Program-made: the position numbers and the translations under genes
Notes under the pieces: model-generated
Databases searched by the model: none
What the model was told of the DNA's origin: nothing
Seen by the model: the letters and a program-made list of their open reading frames with translations, nothing else
NCBI GenBank assembly: GCA_963766735.1
Contig: CAVYBU010000009.1
Span: 1-40,279 of the forward strand
Length of the DNA: 40,279 nucleotides
DNA from: an uncultured Chloroflexia bacterium
Lineage (GTDB): Bacteria; Chloroflexota; Limnocylindria; Limnocylindrales; CSP1-4
Direction: 5' to 3'
In this document: in pieces, positions 10,203-20,913 of the stretch
Position numbering within the stretch: the stretch's first letter is position 1
How the letters are laid out: each line of letters starts with the position of its first letter

Positions 10203-10223
10203 ATGATGGAGAGAGGAGTGGAG

Positions 10224-10484
10224 CTACCGGACTGAGACTTCCTGTCCGACACGATCGGCGGCCACCGTGGGCTCGCCTGCCGCGATGGGCTCCACCAGGA
10301 ACGGCAGGCCGAGGTGGTCGACGCCGTCGTCCGCGAGATCCTGGTCATAGGTGCACATGCACGGTCCGCTGTGGGCGCAGCCGAAGCAGCAGTACGTCTC
10401 GTCCATGCGGTAGACGGGCCGGTCGATGAGCAGGGCGTCGCACGAGGCGCAGTAGCCACGCTGGGGTCCGTTGAAGATGCGCAT
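10224..10484 (-). CDS. small Cys-rich, metallothionein-like metal-binding protein
   Basis: RBS GGAGGA; CASC...YCCFGCAHSGPCMC. Confidence 0.7.
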   Translation of the reverse strand: MRIFNGPQRGYCASCDALLIDRPVYRMDETYCCFGCAHSGPCMCTYDQDLADDGVDHLGLPFLVEPIAAGEPTVAADRVGQEVSVR

Positions 10485-10516
10485 GAGATGTCCTCCGATG
10501 CTGGGTGTCCTGGACG

Positions 10517-11806
10517 TCAGGGGTAGATCCCGCGCAGCCGGCTCGCGTTCGCGACCCGTTCGACAGCGAGGCTGTGCGCTGCGAGGCGCGTTGAGATCCC
10601 CTCGGCAGCGGCGCGGTGCCAGACCGCCTCCGCGGCCGCGAGGACCTGGCGGCGAAGCCGGTCATTGACCTCGTCGCGCGTCCATGCGAGGGCCGCCCGG
10701 TTCTGCGCCCATTCGAAGTAGCTGACGATCACGCCACCGGCGTTGCACAGGATGTCGGGGATCACGGTGACGCCGTTCTCACTCAGGATGGGGTCGGCCG
10801 AGGGTTCGGTCGGCCCATTGGCTCCCTCGGCGAGGATCCGCGCGCGGATGTTCCCTGCGTTGCGGGCCGTGATCTGACCGTCGAGCGCGGCGAGCACCAG
10901 GACGTCCACGTCAAGCCCGAACAGGGTCTCGTTGTCGATGAGCCTCGTTCCGGGTGTCCCGGACACGCTGCCGTAGGCCCGGAACCGCCGGGCGAGGTCC
11001 GGGACGTCGAGGCCTTCCGGGTCGTACGCGCCTCCGCCGACGTCCGTGATAGCGACGACCCTCGCGCCTGCTTCGTGGAGCAGGCGGGCCGTGGCCTCGC
11101 CGACATTGCCGAAACCCTGTACGGCGACGCTGGCGCCTGCCATCTCCAGGCCGAGGCGGCGCGCAGCGTGCCCGATGGTGTACACGACGCCCTGTCCCGT
11201 CGCATCCGAGCGACCGACGGAGCCACCGAGGGACGGGGGCTTCCCGGTGACGACGCCCGGCACGGAATACCCCCGGTGCATCGAGACGGTGTCCATGATC
11301 CAGGCCATCACCTGGGCGTTCGTGCCCACGTCGGGTGCCGGGATGTCCGACTCAGGGCCGATGACATGCTCGATCTCGGTCGTGAAGCGTCGCGTGAGGC
11401 CCTCGAGCTCCTTGCCGCTCATGCTCGTCGGGTCGCAGGTGACGCCGCCCTTGGCACCGCCGAACGGCACATCGGCCAGCGCGCACTTCCAGGTCATCCA
11501 CATCGCGAGCGCGCGGACGTCGTCCAGGTCGGTCTGGGGATGGAAGCGGAGGCCCCCCTTCGCCGGTCCGCGCGCCACGTTGTGCTGGACGCGGTAGCCG
11601 GAGAACACCCGGACTGAGCCGTCGTCCATCTTCACCGGGAAGTTGACTGTGAGCTCGCGCTGCGGCACCCGAAGGACGGCGCGGAGGTCCGGCTCCAGCC
11701 CGAGGTGCTCGGTGGCGGCATCGAACTGCGTGAGCGCCGCGGCGAGGGCATTCTGCCCGGCGGTGCCGGGCGCTGCGGCGGGCGCCTCGGCAAGCGAAAT
11801 GGTCAT
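10517..11806 (-). CDS. gdhA: Glu/Leu/Phe/Val dehydrogenase (glutamate dehydrogenase)
   Basis: RGPAKGGLRF, MTWKCA, PFGGAKGG, DIPAPDVGT, QGFGNVG, EGANGP, NAGGVIVSYFEW. Confidence 0.95.
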   Translation of the reverse strand: MTISLAEAPAAAPGTAGQNALAAALTQFDAATEHLGLEPDLRAVLRVPQRELTVNFPVKMDDGSVRVFSGYRVQHNVARGPAKGGLRFHPQTDLDDVRALAMWMTWKCALADVPFGGAKGGVTCDPTSMSGKELEGLTRRFTTEIEHVIGPESDIPAPDVGTNAQVMAWIMDTVSMHRGYSVPGVVTGKPPSLGGSVGRSDATGQGVVYTIGHAARRLGLEMAGASVAVQGFGNVGEATARLLHEAGARVVAITDVGGGAYDPEGLDVPDLARRFRAYGSVSGTPGTRLIDNETLFGLDVDVLVLAALDGQITARNAGNIRARILAEGANGPTEPSADPILSENGVTVIPDILCNAGGVIVSYFEWAQNRAALAWTRDEVNDRLRRQVLAAAEAVWHRAAAEGISTRLAAHSLAVERVANASRLRGIYP

Positions 11807-11887
11807 GGATGGTCTCCAGGCGAGTGGGTGGCGTCACGAATGGCCTACAGGCTCGCCCGGGCCCGGGAACGTCGGCGGGGACCGGCA

Positions 11888-11962
11888 TGAACGCGGCGTG
11901 AACAATGGGCTCGAATGCATGAACGGGCTGTTCATGAAGCACCCATCGCGCCGGTCTATGCT
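11888..11962. promoter_or_regulatory. divergent promoter region with TGAAC repeats, a palindrome and a -10 box
   Basis: TGAAC at 11888, 11899 and 11920; CATGAAC-gggct-GTTCATG at 11918-11936; TATGCT at 11957-62, 6 nt before ATG 11969. Confidence 0.5.
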
Positions 11963-11968
11963 CTGCTC

Positions 11969-13014
11969 ATGCCGCCCCAGCCCGCGTCGGCGAAGTCCGC
12001 GTCGGCGAATTCCGCCTCGCTCCCGGTCCGCGATGCCTCGACCGTCGGCCCGTCGCCGTTGCTTCACGCCGCCCTCACGCTCGTTCCGCCCTCGACGACC
12101 GAATCTGAGCTCGAGAACCGGTTCGCCGCCGCCGGCGCGGATCTCCGGCCCCGGATCGCCGCCAGGCTCCTCGCAGACCTCGCCAACCTCGGGCTCGTCC
12201 GGGCAACGCAGCGGGGGAGTCGCGGCACCCGGTGGGTGGCGACGACGCTCGGCCTCCGGTACGTGGATGCCGGCCTGTACGGCGAGGCGAACATCCCGCT
12301 GGCGGAGCTGGAAGGCCTGCGGACGGACCTGCTGTCCACGATCGCCCACGAGCTCCGCACACCGCTCACGGCCGTCCGCACGAGCGCGGGCATCCTGCTC
12401 GAACCCTCGGCGCAGCCGACCGAGGACCAGCGCCGGACGCTGCTGGAGGCGATCGAGCGAAACGGGGAGCGGATGCAGCGCCTCGTGGGCGACATCCTTG
12501 AGCTGTCCCGCTTCCGGTCCGGGAGCGTAAGCCTCCAGCTCCGCCGCTTTGGCGCCGGGGCACTGGCCGACTCGGCGATCGCCGTGGTTGCGCCGCTCGC
12601 GGCGAAGCGAGGCCAGCGCATCGAGCGATCCCTCCCGGCGTCCCGTGACCATCGTGTCTACGGCGACCACCGGCGGCTGGAGCAGGCGCTGCTCAACCTG
12701 ATCTCCAACGCCCAGCGCGTCGCGCCCGATGGCGGGGTCGTCTCGGTCAGTGTGGAGGAGCATGGGTTGTTCACGAGCTGGAACGTCATCGACGACGGAC
12801 ACGGGATCTCCGAGGCTGACCAGGCCCAGCTCTTCGAGCGGTTCTTTGTCGGCCGTAATGACCGCTCCGGCCCGCGCGAGGGCGTAGGGCTGGGGCTGCC
12901 CACCGCCCTGGCGATCGCCCAGGCGCACGGCGGCACAATCGGCGTTCGGAGTGCGCTTGGGCGTGGCAGCACGTTCTCGCTGATCGTCCCGACCGCTGGG
13001 CCCGAGGACGAGTC

Positions 13015-13018
<4 letters not shown>
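11969..13018 (+). CDS. cytoplasmic sensor histidine kinase (HisKA + HATPase) with an unusual N-terminal domain
   Basis: IAHELRTPLT, LLNLISNA, DDGHGI, GVGLGL, HGGTI; no TM segments; start uncertain (11915 or 11969). Confidence 0.92.
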
Positions 13019-13734
<716 letters not shown>

Positions 13735-13925
13735 TCAGGTTGCTTCCGCGGGGGTCAAGTCCTCCCGCCTAGATCAATGGCCCCTCGACGTCCTGACTGC
13801 GGCATCCGCCTCTGGCTCCAGCCGGCTCGAGAGCCGCTCGCGCCTGGTCCTCGCAACAGCGGACCCAGTCGCTGTCGTGCCCACCAGCCGTTGCCATGTT
13901 GCGAGGCGGGTCGAGCTTGGCTGAC

Positions 13926-13953
13926 GCGCGCCCAACACCTGTCGGGCGCGCCA
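13926..13953 (+). repeat. att-like site 2: tRNA-Arg 3' end with inverted arm
   Basis: GCGCGCCCAACA-CC-TGTCGGGCGCGC-CA (11/12 dyad); the minus strand reads MARPTGVGRA. Confidence 0.85.
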
Positions 13954-14165
13954 TTGCAGCCTATTGGGCAGCGCCGGCGACGTCGGAAGAACCCGCGCAA
14001 TGGCTGATACTCGCCAATGACGACCACCGCTCCGCGCGTTTCGCCACGCTGCTCGACCGTCGCCTGTCTGGGACTCCTGCCACCGCCGGCGAGGCCAGGA
14101 ACGGCACGGCGTAGGGGAGCGCCCCGGACACCGCGCGACTTGATGGTGCGGCTGCTCCGCCGGCT

Positions 14166-14248
14166 ACCCTTGGATCTCCAGTTGACATTGAAGGGTTAGC
14201 GGCGCACGCTTGTCCCACCCCTTCATTCATACAGAGAGATTGAAGGGT
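14166..14248. promoter_or_regulatory. two tandem palindromic operators upstream of the Fic gene
   Basis: ACCCTT-N19-AAGGGT (14166-14196) and CCCCTT-N19-AAGGGT (14218-14248); TTGACA at 14182. Confidence 0.55.
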
Positions 14249-14264
14249 TGCAGCCGGAGGCCGT

Positions 14265-15461
14265 ATGCCGAGGACCGTCGAGCGGACCTGGGAAGGAAAT
14301 CCTGGCGCGATGGGCGGGCGCCGGGCGCGTGCCTCGTTCCGGTACCAGGCATTCGTCCCTGACGAAATCGCGGCGCTCAGCCCCGTGGTCCCGTTCGAGG
14401 TCGCCGATCTCTCGGCCGATGCCGAGGCGGCGATCCGGGCGCTCAACGATCGCGCCTCGGTAGGCGGCCTGGAGGCAATCGGCCCGCTGCTCCTGCGGTC
14501 GGAGGCCGTGGCGTCATCTCGGATCGAGGGCTACGACGTCTCCTCGCTCAACCTGGCCAAGGCGCTCATCGACCCTCGGGCAGCGCGAGGCAGCGCCAGG
14601 GTCGTCGCGGCGAACGTGTCCGCGATGGAGGAGGCGATCGCGACCGGCGACCGAACGGACCCGGTCGCCGTGGACAATCTGCTCGCGATCCACGCGGTGC
14701 TGATGGCGGGCGACGAGCGAGCGCGGCCCGGTCGCGTGCGCGAGGAGCAGAACTGGATCGGCGGCCGGCTCGGGAACCCGTCCGATGCCGCCTTCATCCC
14801 GCCGCCGGAGGACCTCGTCATGCCGCTGCTCGCGGACCTCGTCGCCTTCGTCGCCCGGGACGACCTCCCCGCGGTGGCGCAGGCGGCCGTCGCCCACGCC
14901 CAATTCGAGACCATCCACCCATTCATCGACGGCAACGGCCGCGTGGGCCGGGCGCTCGTGCACGTCGTCCTGCGTCGGCGCGGCGTCGCCGCTCGCTTCG
15001 TCCCGCCCGTGAGCATCGTCCTGGCAGCCCGCCCCACCGCCTACGTCGAGGGGCTGGTTGCGTTCCGGGAGGGGCACGTGGCGGACTGGATCGGCTCGTT
15101 CGCGACCTCCGCAGCCGGCGCGGCCCTGATGTCGATCGAGCTGGCGGACCAGGTGGCCGCCCTGCAGGCGACGTGGCGCGAGCGCGCGGGCAGGCCGCGG
15201 GCCGGATCCGCGGCGAGCAAGCTCATCGCGCTGCTGCCCGCTCTGCCCGTGCTTTCGGCGCCGACCGCCCGCGTGGCGATCGGTGTCAGCCAGCAGCAGA
15301 CGCTCGCGGCGCTCAAGTCGCTGGCCGAGGCCGGCGTCATCCGCCAGTTGAGCGAGGGGACGTACGACCGCCAGTACGCCGCGACCGAGCTGTTCGACCT
15401 GCTCGCGGCCTACGAGGAGGGGATCGTCGGCCCGGCGCGGAGCGCGCAGTCAGCGCGGTAG
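14265..15461 (+). CDS. Fic family protein with N-terminal inhibitory motif and C-terminal wHTH
   Basis: HPFIDGNGRVGR catalytic motif; SSRIEG; RBS GGAGG. Confidence 0.95.
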   Translation: MPRTVERTWEGNPGAMGGRRARASFRYQAFVPDEIAALSPVVPFEVADLSADAEAAIRALNDRASVGGLEAIGPLLLRSEAVASSRIEGYDVSSLNLAKALIDPRAARGSARVVAANVSAMEEAIATGDRTDPVAVDNLLAIHAVLMAGDERARPGRVREEQNWIGGRLGNPSDAAFIPPPEDLVMPLLADLVAFVARDDLPAVAQAAVAHAQFETIHPFIDGNGRVGRALVHVVLRRRGVAARFVPPVSIVLAARPTAYVEGLVAFREGHVADWIGSFATSAAGAALMSIELADQVAALQATWRERAGRPRAGSAASKLIALLPALPVLSAPTARVAIGVSQQQTLAALKSLAEAGVIRQLSEGTYDRQYAATELFDLLAAYEEGIVGPARSAQSAR

Positions 15462-15577
15462 GCCAGCCTGGGGTGCGCTTGCGGTCGGTCGCGTCTGTGG
15501 CCACGATCAGGCTCATCGCGGCACCTGAGCCGACGTGGGCGTACACGGGCGGACCTGGGCGAGGTCGCGGGGCAGGA

Positions 15578-15814
15578 TCAGCGCGCACGCGCCCCCGGGC
15601 CCGTTATGGCGGGCACTCCGGTGGCCGGCGTCGTTCGCGGGCGAAGCCGCAAGGGACGCCGATGGTGGGCGTCGCACCACCGGCGCGGCCTGCCCCGCCC
15701 GCCGAGGTACGGGAGCTCGGCACCGCAGGCCGGGCAGTGGCGCGCCGGTGCCAGACTCGCGCGGAGCGCCATCGTCGCGGACGTGGCCAGCGCCTCCAGG
15801 TCGTCAGCGATCAT
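15578..15814 (-). CDS. small zinc-ribbon protein, phage-like
   Basis: CPACGAELP...GRPRRWC; RBS-like GGGGGTGA. Confidence 0.5.
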   Translation of the reverse strand: MIADDLEALATSATMALRASLAPARHCPACGAELPYLGGRGRPRRWCDAHHRRPLRLRPRTTPATGVPAITGPGARAR

Positions 15815-15817
15815 GCA

Positions 15818-16576
15818 TCACCCCCTGGCGAAAACCCCCAAAAATGGCGAAACCCGGCCGCGTGCACACATAAGCGTCGGATAGTCGGCCGCGACCGCCT
15901 TCACGTTGTCGAGCATCGGACCGCAGATCGCGGTCTGCCAGAACGCGGGTGTCGCGAACGCGAGGACGAACGGCTGCTTGGCGGCGAGCGCATCTGCGAC
16001 CGACGTCTCGGAGAAGGCGGGGTTCGGCGCCTTGTCCGTGGACACCTTGGCGAGATCGCCGTCGACGTCGGCCGCGGTCGGCGTGTCGACCGACACCCCC
16101 AGTGCACCGATCGCCGGCGTGGATCCGGTCGCCGCGACATCGAAGTCGGCTCGGATCTGCTCACGCCGGCCGTCTGGGAACGAGGCCGTGAAGCGAGCGC
16201 CCCAGCGTCCGGCCTTGGGGAACTCGACGTCGGCCGCGTACAGGCCCTTCTGACCCTCGATCGCCCACAGGAATGTCGCGTCGCTCGTGAACGCGACCTG
16301 ATCGGGCGCAGCATCGACGTCGTACCACTCGGTGCCGACCGGCACGTCGGGTCCGGCGACCACGTTGTTGGCGCGATCGGTCAGCGAGAACAGGAAGCGG
16401 TTCTTGCCCGCGAGGATCTCCGATGACACGAAGATCGGCAGGATCTGGGGAGCGGCGGCCGCGGCCGATGCCGCGGGCGAGGCCACTGGCGAGGCAGCTG
16501 GGGTTGCCACGGATCCACCGCCACAGGCGGCCAGGGCGATCGACGCCATCGTCAGGACCAGGAGAAGACGACGCAA
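15818..16576 (-). pseudogene. 3'-truncated lipoprotein with thioredoxin-like domain
   Basis: lipobox IALAAC; VLAFATPAFWQTAICGP; protein-like sequence ends at about YPTL (~15870), followed by an unrelated tract. Confidence 0.65.
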
Positions 16577-16650
16577 CGGTGTTCCTCGGTGGGAAGGGGA
16601 CGCCTTGAACGGGCGCGGGATCGACGGGATGGTACGGCGCATCGGTAGGT

Positions 16651-17289
16651 TCAGTCCTCGTCCTCGTCCTCGCCGCGCCACGCCTCGAGCGCCTCGCGCC
16701 CGATGAAGAAGGTCATGCCAAGGGCGGCCAGCGGGTCGGCCCACCACCAGCCGAAGAGGGCGTTCGCGCTGATCCCGACGAGCAGGAAGAGCGACAGCCA
16801 GAAGCAGGCGTCAGTCTGGAACGCGTCGGCGGTCATCGCCCGGCTGCCCAGTGCGAGCCCGACGCTCCGCTTCTGCCGCGCCAGCCACCACATGACCGAC
16901 AGCGAGGCGATGGCGAGCAGGATCCCGACGAGCGACGGCTCGGGCCGCTCGTTCGCGAGGAGCGAGGTGATCGAGTCCCAGGCGATGTAGGCCGCGAGCA
17001 GGATGAGCGATCCGGCGACGAGCTTCTGCGCCCGTCGCTCCACGTGCTCGATCCGCTCCTCGTCATCCTCGTCGGCGTTCCGCTCGGCGCGGAGCCGCCA
17101 GATCATGACCGAACCCGACGCGGACTCGACGAAGCTGTCGATCCCGAAGCCCAGCAGGGCGACCGACCCTGATGCCATCGCCGCGGCGATCGCGATGACG
17201 CCCTCGACGATGTTCCAGCCGACCGTGAGGTACTCGAGCCGAAGGGCGCGGCGGAGGAGGGCCGGTCGAGTCGTCGCGGCGACGGTCAT
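16651..17289 (-). CDS. short CDF-type cation transporter (TM domain only)
   Basis: LEYLTVGWNIVEG, GSVALLGFGIDSFVE, MTADAFQT, GWWWADPLAA; ATG overlaps the upstream stop. Confidence 0.88.
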   Translation of the reverse strand: MTVAATTRPALLRRALRLEYLTVGWNIVEGVIAIAAAMASGSVALLGFGIDSFVESASGSVMIWRLRAERNADEDDEERIEHVERRAQKLVAGSLILLAAYIAWDSITSLLANERPEPSLVGILLAIASLSVMWWLARQKRSVGLALGSRAMTADAFQTDACFWLSLFLLVGISANALFGWWWADPLAALGMTFFIGREALEAWRGEDEDED

Positions 17290-18191
17290 GCGTGGCTCCG
17301 TTCTTCCAACCGCCGGCGGTCGGCGGTCTCGAGCTGGAAGGTCGAGTGCTCGATATCGAAGTCGTCCGACAGGCATTCGCAGAGCGCGTTGAGGGTCACA
17401 GCCGGATCTGCCCCGTCGGCGAGCACGACGTGGGCCGAGACCACGTTCATCCCCGAGGTGATCGTCCAGGCGTGGAGGTCATGGCAGTCGATCACGCCCG
17501 GCGCATCAAGGATGTGCTGGCGCACGTGGTCCATGTCGACCCCCTTGGGCGTGGCTTCCAGGAGCACGTTGGTGGCATCGCGCAGGAGCGAGAACGTGCG
17601 CGGCAGGATCAGCAGCCCGATCAGCACCGAGGCCACGATGTCCGCCCCGGTCCAGCCCGTCACCGCGATCACGACCGCGGCGACGATCACCGCGACCGAT
17701 CCCGCGAGGTCGCCCATGACCTCGAGGTAGGCGCCCCGCATGTTGAGGCTCTCCTTCTGTGCGTCGCGCAGGAGCAGCAGCGACACGAGGTTCGCCCCGA
17801 GGCCGACGAGCGCGAACGCGAGCATCGCGCCCGAGGCGATCTCCGCCGGCTCGGACAGCCGCCGCCACGCCTCGAACAGGACGAACGCCGCGATCCCGAA
17901 CAAGAGAAACGCGTTGGTCACCGCGGCAAGGATCTCGAGGCGGAGATAGCCGAAGGTGCGGCCGCTCGTGGGCGGGCGCTGCGCGAACCAGATCGCCGCG
18001 AGGGCGAGGGCGATTCCCACGACGTCGGTCAGGACGTGGCCGGCATCCGCGAGCAGGGCGAGGCTGTTGGTGACGACCGAGCCGATGACCTCGACGACGA
18101 GGATCGTGAGGCTGAGGGCCAGGACCGCGACCAGGCGCCCGCGGTGCCCGGCGGCGGCCGACCCGTGATCGTGGCCCATCAGAAGGGCCAT
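17286..18191 (-). CDS. czcD: CDF family Zn/Co/Cd efflux transporter (CzcD-like)
   Basis: SLALLADAGHVLTD, RTFGYLRLEILAA, LNMRGAYLEVMGD, HDLHAW, HSTFQLE. Confidence 0.93.
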   Translation of the reverse strand: MALLMGHDHGSAAAGHRGRLVAVLALSLTILVVEVIGSVVTNSLALLADAGHVLTDVVGIALALAAIWFAQRPPTSGRTFGYLRLEILAAVTNAFLLFGIAAFVLFEAWRRLSEPAEIASGAMLAFALVGLGANLVSLLLLRDAQKESLNMRGAYLEVMGDLAGSVAVIVAAVVIAVTGWTGADIVASVLIGLLILPRTFSLLRDATNVLLEATPKGVDMDHVRQHILDAPGVIDCHDLHAWTITSGMNVVSAHVVLADGADPAVTLNALCECLSDDFDIEHSTFQLETADRRRLEERSHA

Positions 18192-18213
18192 CCACCGGAG
18201 CCAGGAGCCCGTA

Positions 18214-18600
18214 TCACTGGCGCTCGGCGACGTGGGTCGCGGCGCTGGTCACGAGATCGCGCAGGTGGTCGTCCACGAGCCGGTACCAGGCGACCCGTCC
18301 GACCTTGCGGCGCTCCACGGCGCCGCGCTCGCGCAGAAACCGGAGCTGATGGGAGAGCGCGGACACGCTCATGCCGATGACGAGCGCAATGTCGCACACG
18401 CACAGCTCCCCGTCGCTGATCGCGAGCAGGTGCAGGATCCGGGCGCGTGACGGGTCGGCGAGCGTCCCGAAGAGCTCGGCGACCTCGCGCGCACCGTGCG
18501 CCCCGAGCGACCGCCCGAGCAGTGGCTCGATGACAGCGGGATGGCGACACTCGGTCGAGCAGGCCTCGGCATCGATGTCAGATCCAAACACTTGAGCCAT
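18214..18600 (-). CDS. ArsR/SmtB metalloregulator (CadC-like)
   Basis: LADPSRARIL, ELCVCDIA, SALSHQLRFL; N-terminal CSTEC. Confidence 0.93.
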   Translation of the reverse strand: MAQVFGSDIDAEACSTECRHPAVIEPLLGRSLGAHGAREVAELFGTLADPSRARILHLLAISDGELCVCDIALVIGMSVSALSHQLRFLRERGAVERRKVGRVAWYRLVDDHLRDLVTSAATHVAERQ

Positions 18601-18615
18601 GCCTCTCCTGCAGCC

Positions 18616-19677
18616 TCAGCGTAGCTTGTCGACGTCCACGAGGCCGTCGTGGCGGCTGCCGTCGAAGATCACGGTCGGGATCTTGCGCGTCCCGATGGTC
18701 TCTCGGACAACCACCTGGTTGGCCGCGATGATCGAGGCCACACGCTCCGAATCCGCCTCAGCCACGATCGCCTCGATGCCGGCCTCGTCGAGCCCGAACT
18801 CCCCGAGCCAGGCCTGCAAGAGCTCGGTGGCTTCCTCGGGCGTCGCCCGGTTGACGACGGTCTGCCACGGCTCGCCCGTCGGGTCGGAGCCGGACAGGAT
18901 CCGCTCCAGAAGCTGCCAGTCCAGTGGGACCTCGGCGCCGGCAACCGGATGGAGTCGCAGTGCCTCGAGGTAGCGCACGACGAGGCCGGAGTTCCGGAAC
19001 TTGGTGCCGTCCAGATCTGGGATCGGGTAGGCGATGTAGGCCAGGTTGTAGCGGTCGGCGAACCCGGCCTCACCGATGTTCGCGGCGAGCTGCGCGCAGA
19101 CCGAGCAGCCGGGATCGATGATCTCGAGGGCCGTGGGTCGGGCGGGGTCGAAGCCCGTCCGCCACGAGACGTTCGGGGGCAGGTACTCGGCCGCGTCCCA
19201 CGTCCGCAGGCGGTCGGGGATCGCGCCGATGGTCTCGGCGACATCGGAGACCTCGCCCCCGATGGCGCCCACGAAGTCCAGCGCGAGCACCTTGTCGAGG
19301 AAGGTGGCCTCGAGGGCACCGATGGAGCACGCCTGGGCGCCCAGCGCGCAGCCCTGCGCATTCGCCTTGTCGCAGGTCCCGTACACCCACAGGTTGACGC
19401 CACCCTTGGCCACCACGTACGCGCTCAGGATCGTGGTGACGATGATCAGCAACGCCGCGACCTCGATCGCGATGGCCGCCGGGCGGACGAGGCCGGGACG
19501 CCACGCGGCGACCGGCGCCAGCAGGTGGTCCTTGATGTCCTGGCTGAAGGTGGTGTCGCAGGGCCGGAGCGTGACCCGCCGCAGCGTGCAGCCCCAGGCG
19601 CGCCGGAGGTACCCGCGGTATCGCGCGGAGAATGCGCCCAGGACGAGGAGGACGAGGAACGCTGCGATGCAGAACAC
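18616..19677 (-). CDS. uncharacterised Cys-rich membrane protein with a C-terminal thioredoxin/DsbA-like domain
   Basis: two TM regions; WGCTLRRVTLRPCD, GTCDKANAQGCALGAQAC, IDPGCSVC, cis-Pro-like KIPT. Confidence 0.8.
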   Translation of the reverse strand: MFCIAAFLVLLVLGAFSARYRGYLRRAWGCTLRRVTLRPCDTTFSQDIKDHLLAPVAAWRPGLVRPAAIAIEVAALLIIVTTILSAYVVAKGGVNLWVYGTCDKANAQGCALGAQACSIGALEATFLDKVLALDFVGAIGGEVSDVAETIGAIPDRLRTWDAAEYLPPNVSWRTGFDPARPTALEIIDPGCSVCAQLAANIGEAGFADRYNLAYIAYPIPDLDGTKFRNSGLVVRYLEALRLHPVAGAEVPLDWQLLERILSGSDPTGEPWQTVVNRATPEEATELLQAWLGEFGLDEAGIEAIVAEADSERVASIIAANQVVVRETIGTRKIPTVIFDGSRHDGLVDVDKLR

Positions 19678-19692
19678 GGATCGATCGTCCCT

Positions 19693-20913
19693 CTAGCCCA
19701 GGCCCCGGACGAGCCGGTCCAGCGCGCCGACCGCGGCGTCGACGTCGGCAGTGGTGTTGTGGAGGCCCACCGAGAAGCGGAGCGGCGGCGGGAGCGCGAG
19801 ACGCTCGCGCAGCCAGTGGTGGGCGCAGAAGTAGCCGCTGCGGACCATGATCCCCTGCTTGGAGAGGAACACCGCGAGCCGGTGGGCGTCCTGCCGCTGC
19901 GCGTACAGGCTGACGATGGGGCTCGGCCCGGCGTTGAGGAGGGTGACGCCGGGGATCGCCGCCAGGCCCTCGAACAGGCGCGCGCCCAGCATTTCCACGT
20001 GCTCGGAAGGTGGGCGGCCGTCGATCCGCAGCCCGCCCAGCCAGCCCAATGCGGCGCGCAGGCCGACGATCTCCCCCCAGGCCTGGAGTCCGGGCTCGAG
20101 GCGCGTCCACGGCTCGTCGGCCAGGAGGTCGTAGTCGTCCTCCCGCACCTCGGACACCATGCCGCCGCCGATGAATCCCCCCTCGAGGCGGGTGAGGAGG
20201 TCCTGGCGCGCCACGACCACGCCGAGCGACGGCGCGTAGGCCTTGTGCCCCGAGAAGCAGATCGCGTCGGCGCCCGTGCCGTCCAGGAGGTCAACCGCGT
20301 GCGGTACGGCCTGGGCCGCATCGAGGATCACGATGCCGCCCCGCTCGTGCGTGTCCCGCACGAGGTCGGCGAGGTTGCCCAGGCGCGAGCCGTCGACGTT
20401 GGAGACCGCGTTGACGACGACCACGGCGCGCTCGAGCTGTGCGGGCAGATACGCGAGGGCGCCGTCCTTCGACCGATCCAGCACGAGGCGCTCGATGCCC
20501 AGCCGCCGTGCGGCGGTCATCGTCGGCAGGAACACCGAGTTGTGCTCGGTGTGGCTGATCACGACACGCCCGAACGTCGCCGACGGCAACTGCCCGAGCA
20601 GGAGGTTGAGCCCATACGTCGTGTTGAGCGTGAACGAGACAGCGTGCGTCCGGCGGGACAGGCCGAGGAGCTCGAGCACCGCGTTGCGGGCACCGTCCAC
20701 CTCCTCGTCCACCCGGCTGCCCCAGGCGTACTTCACCCGGCCCCCACAGGCGCCGAAGGCCGTGTAGTACTCAGTGAGCGCGTCGATGACGGGTCGCGGG
20801 CGCAGGCTCTGGCACGCGGCGTCGAGGTAGACGTCGTGGGCGTCGAGCCAGGCGAAACCGTCCGGGCGACCGTTTGTCTCGGGCTCGGGGGGCTGGCTTC
20901 GTCCGAACCGCAT
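19693..20913 (-). CDS. class V PLP-dependent enzyme, cysteine desulfurase (SufS/CsdA)-like
   Basis: YLDAACQSLRP, NTTYGLN, TEHNS, LDAAQ, FSGHK, RSGYFCAH; the start overlaps the DsbA stop (TGATG). Confidence 0.9.
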   Translation of the reverse strand: MRFGRSQPPEPETNGRPDGFAWLDAHDVYLDAACQSLRPRPVIDALTEYYTAFGACGGRVKYAWGSRVDEEVDGARNAVLELLGLSRRTHAVSFTLNTTYGLNLLLGQLPSATFGRVVISHTEHNSVFLPTMTAARRLGIERLVLDRSKDGALAYLPAQLERAVVVVNAVSNVDGSRLGNLADLVRDTHERGGIVILDAAQAVPHAVDLLDGTGADAICFSGHKAYAPSLGVVVARQDLLTRLEGGFIGGGMVSEVREDDYDLLADEPWTRLEPGLQAWGEIVGLRAALGWLGGLRIDGRPPSEHVEMLGARLFEGLAAIPGVTLLNAGPSPIVSLYAQRQDAHRLAVFLSKQGIMVRSGYFCAHHWLRERLALPPPLRFSVGLHNTTADVDAAVGALDRLVRGLG

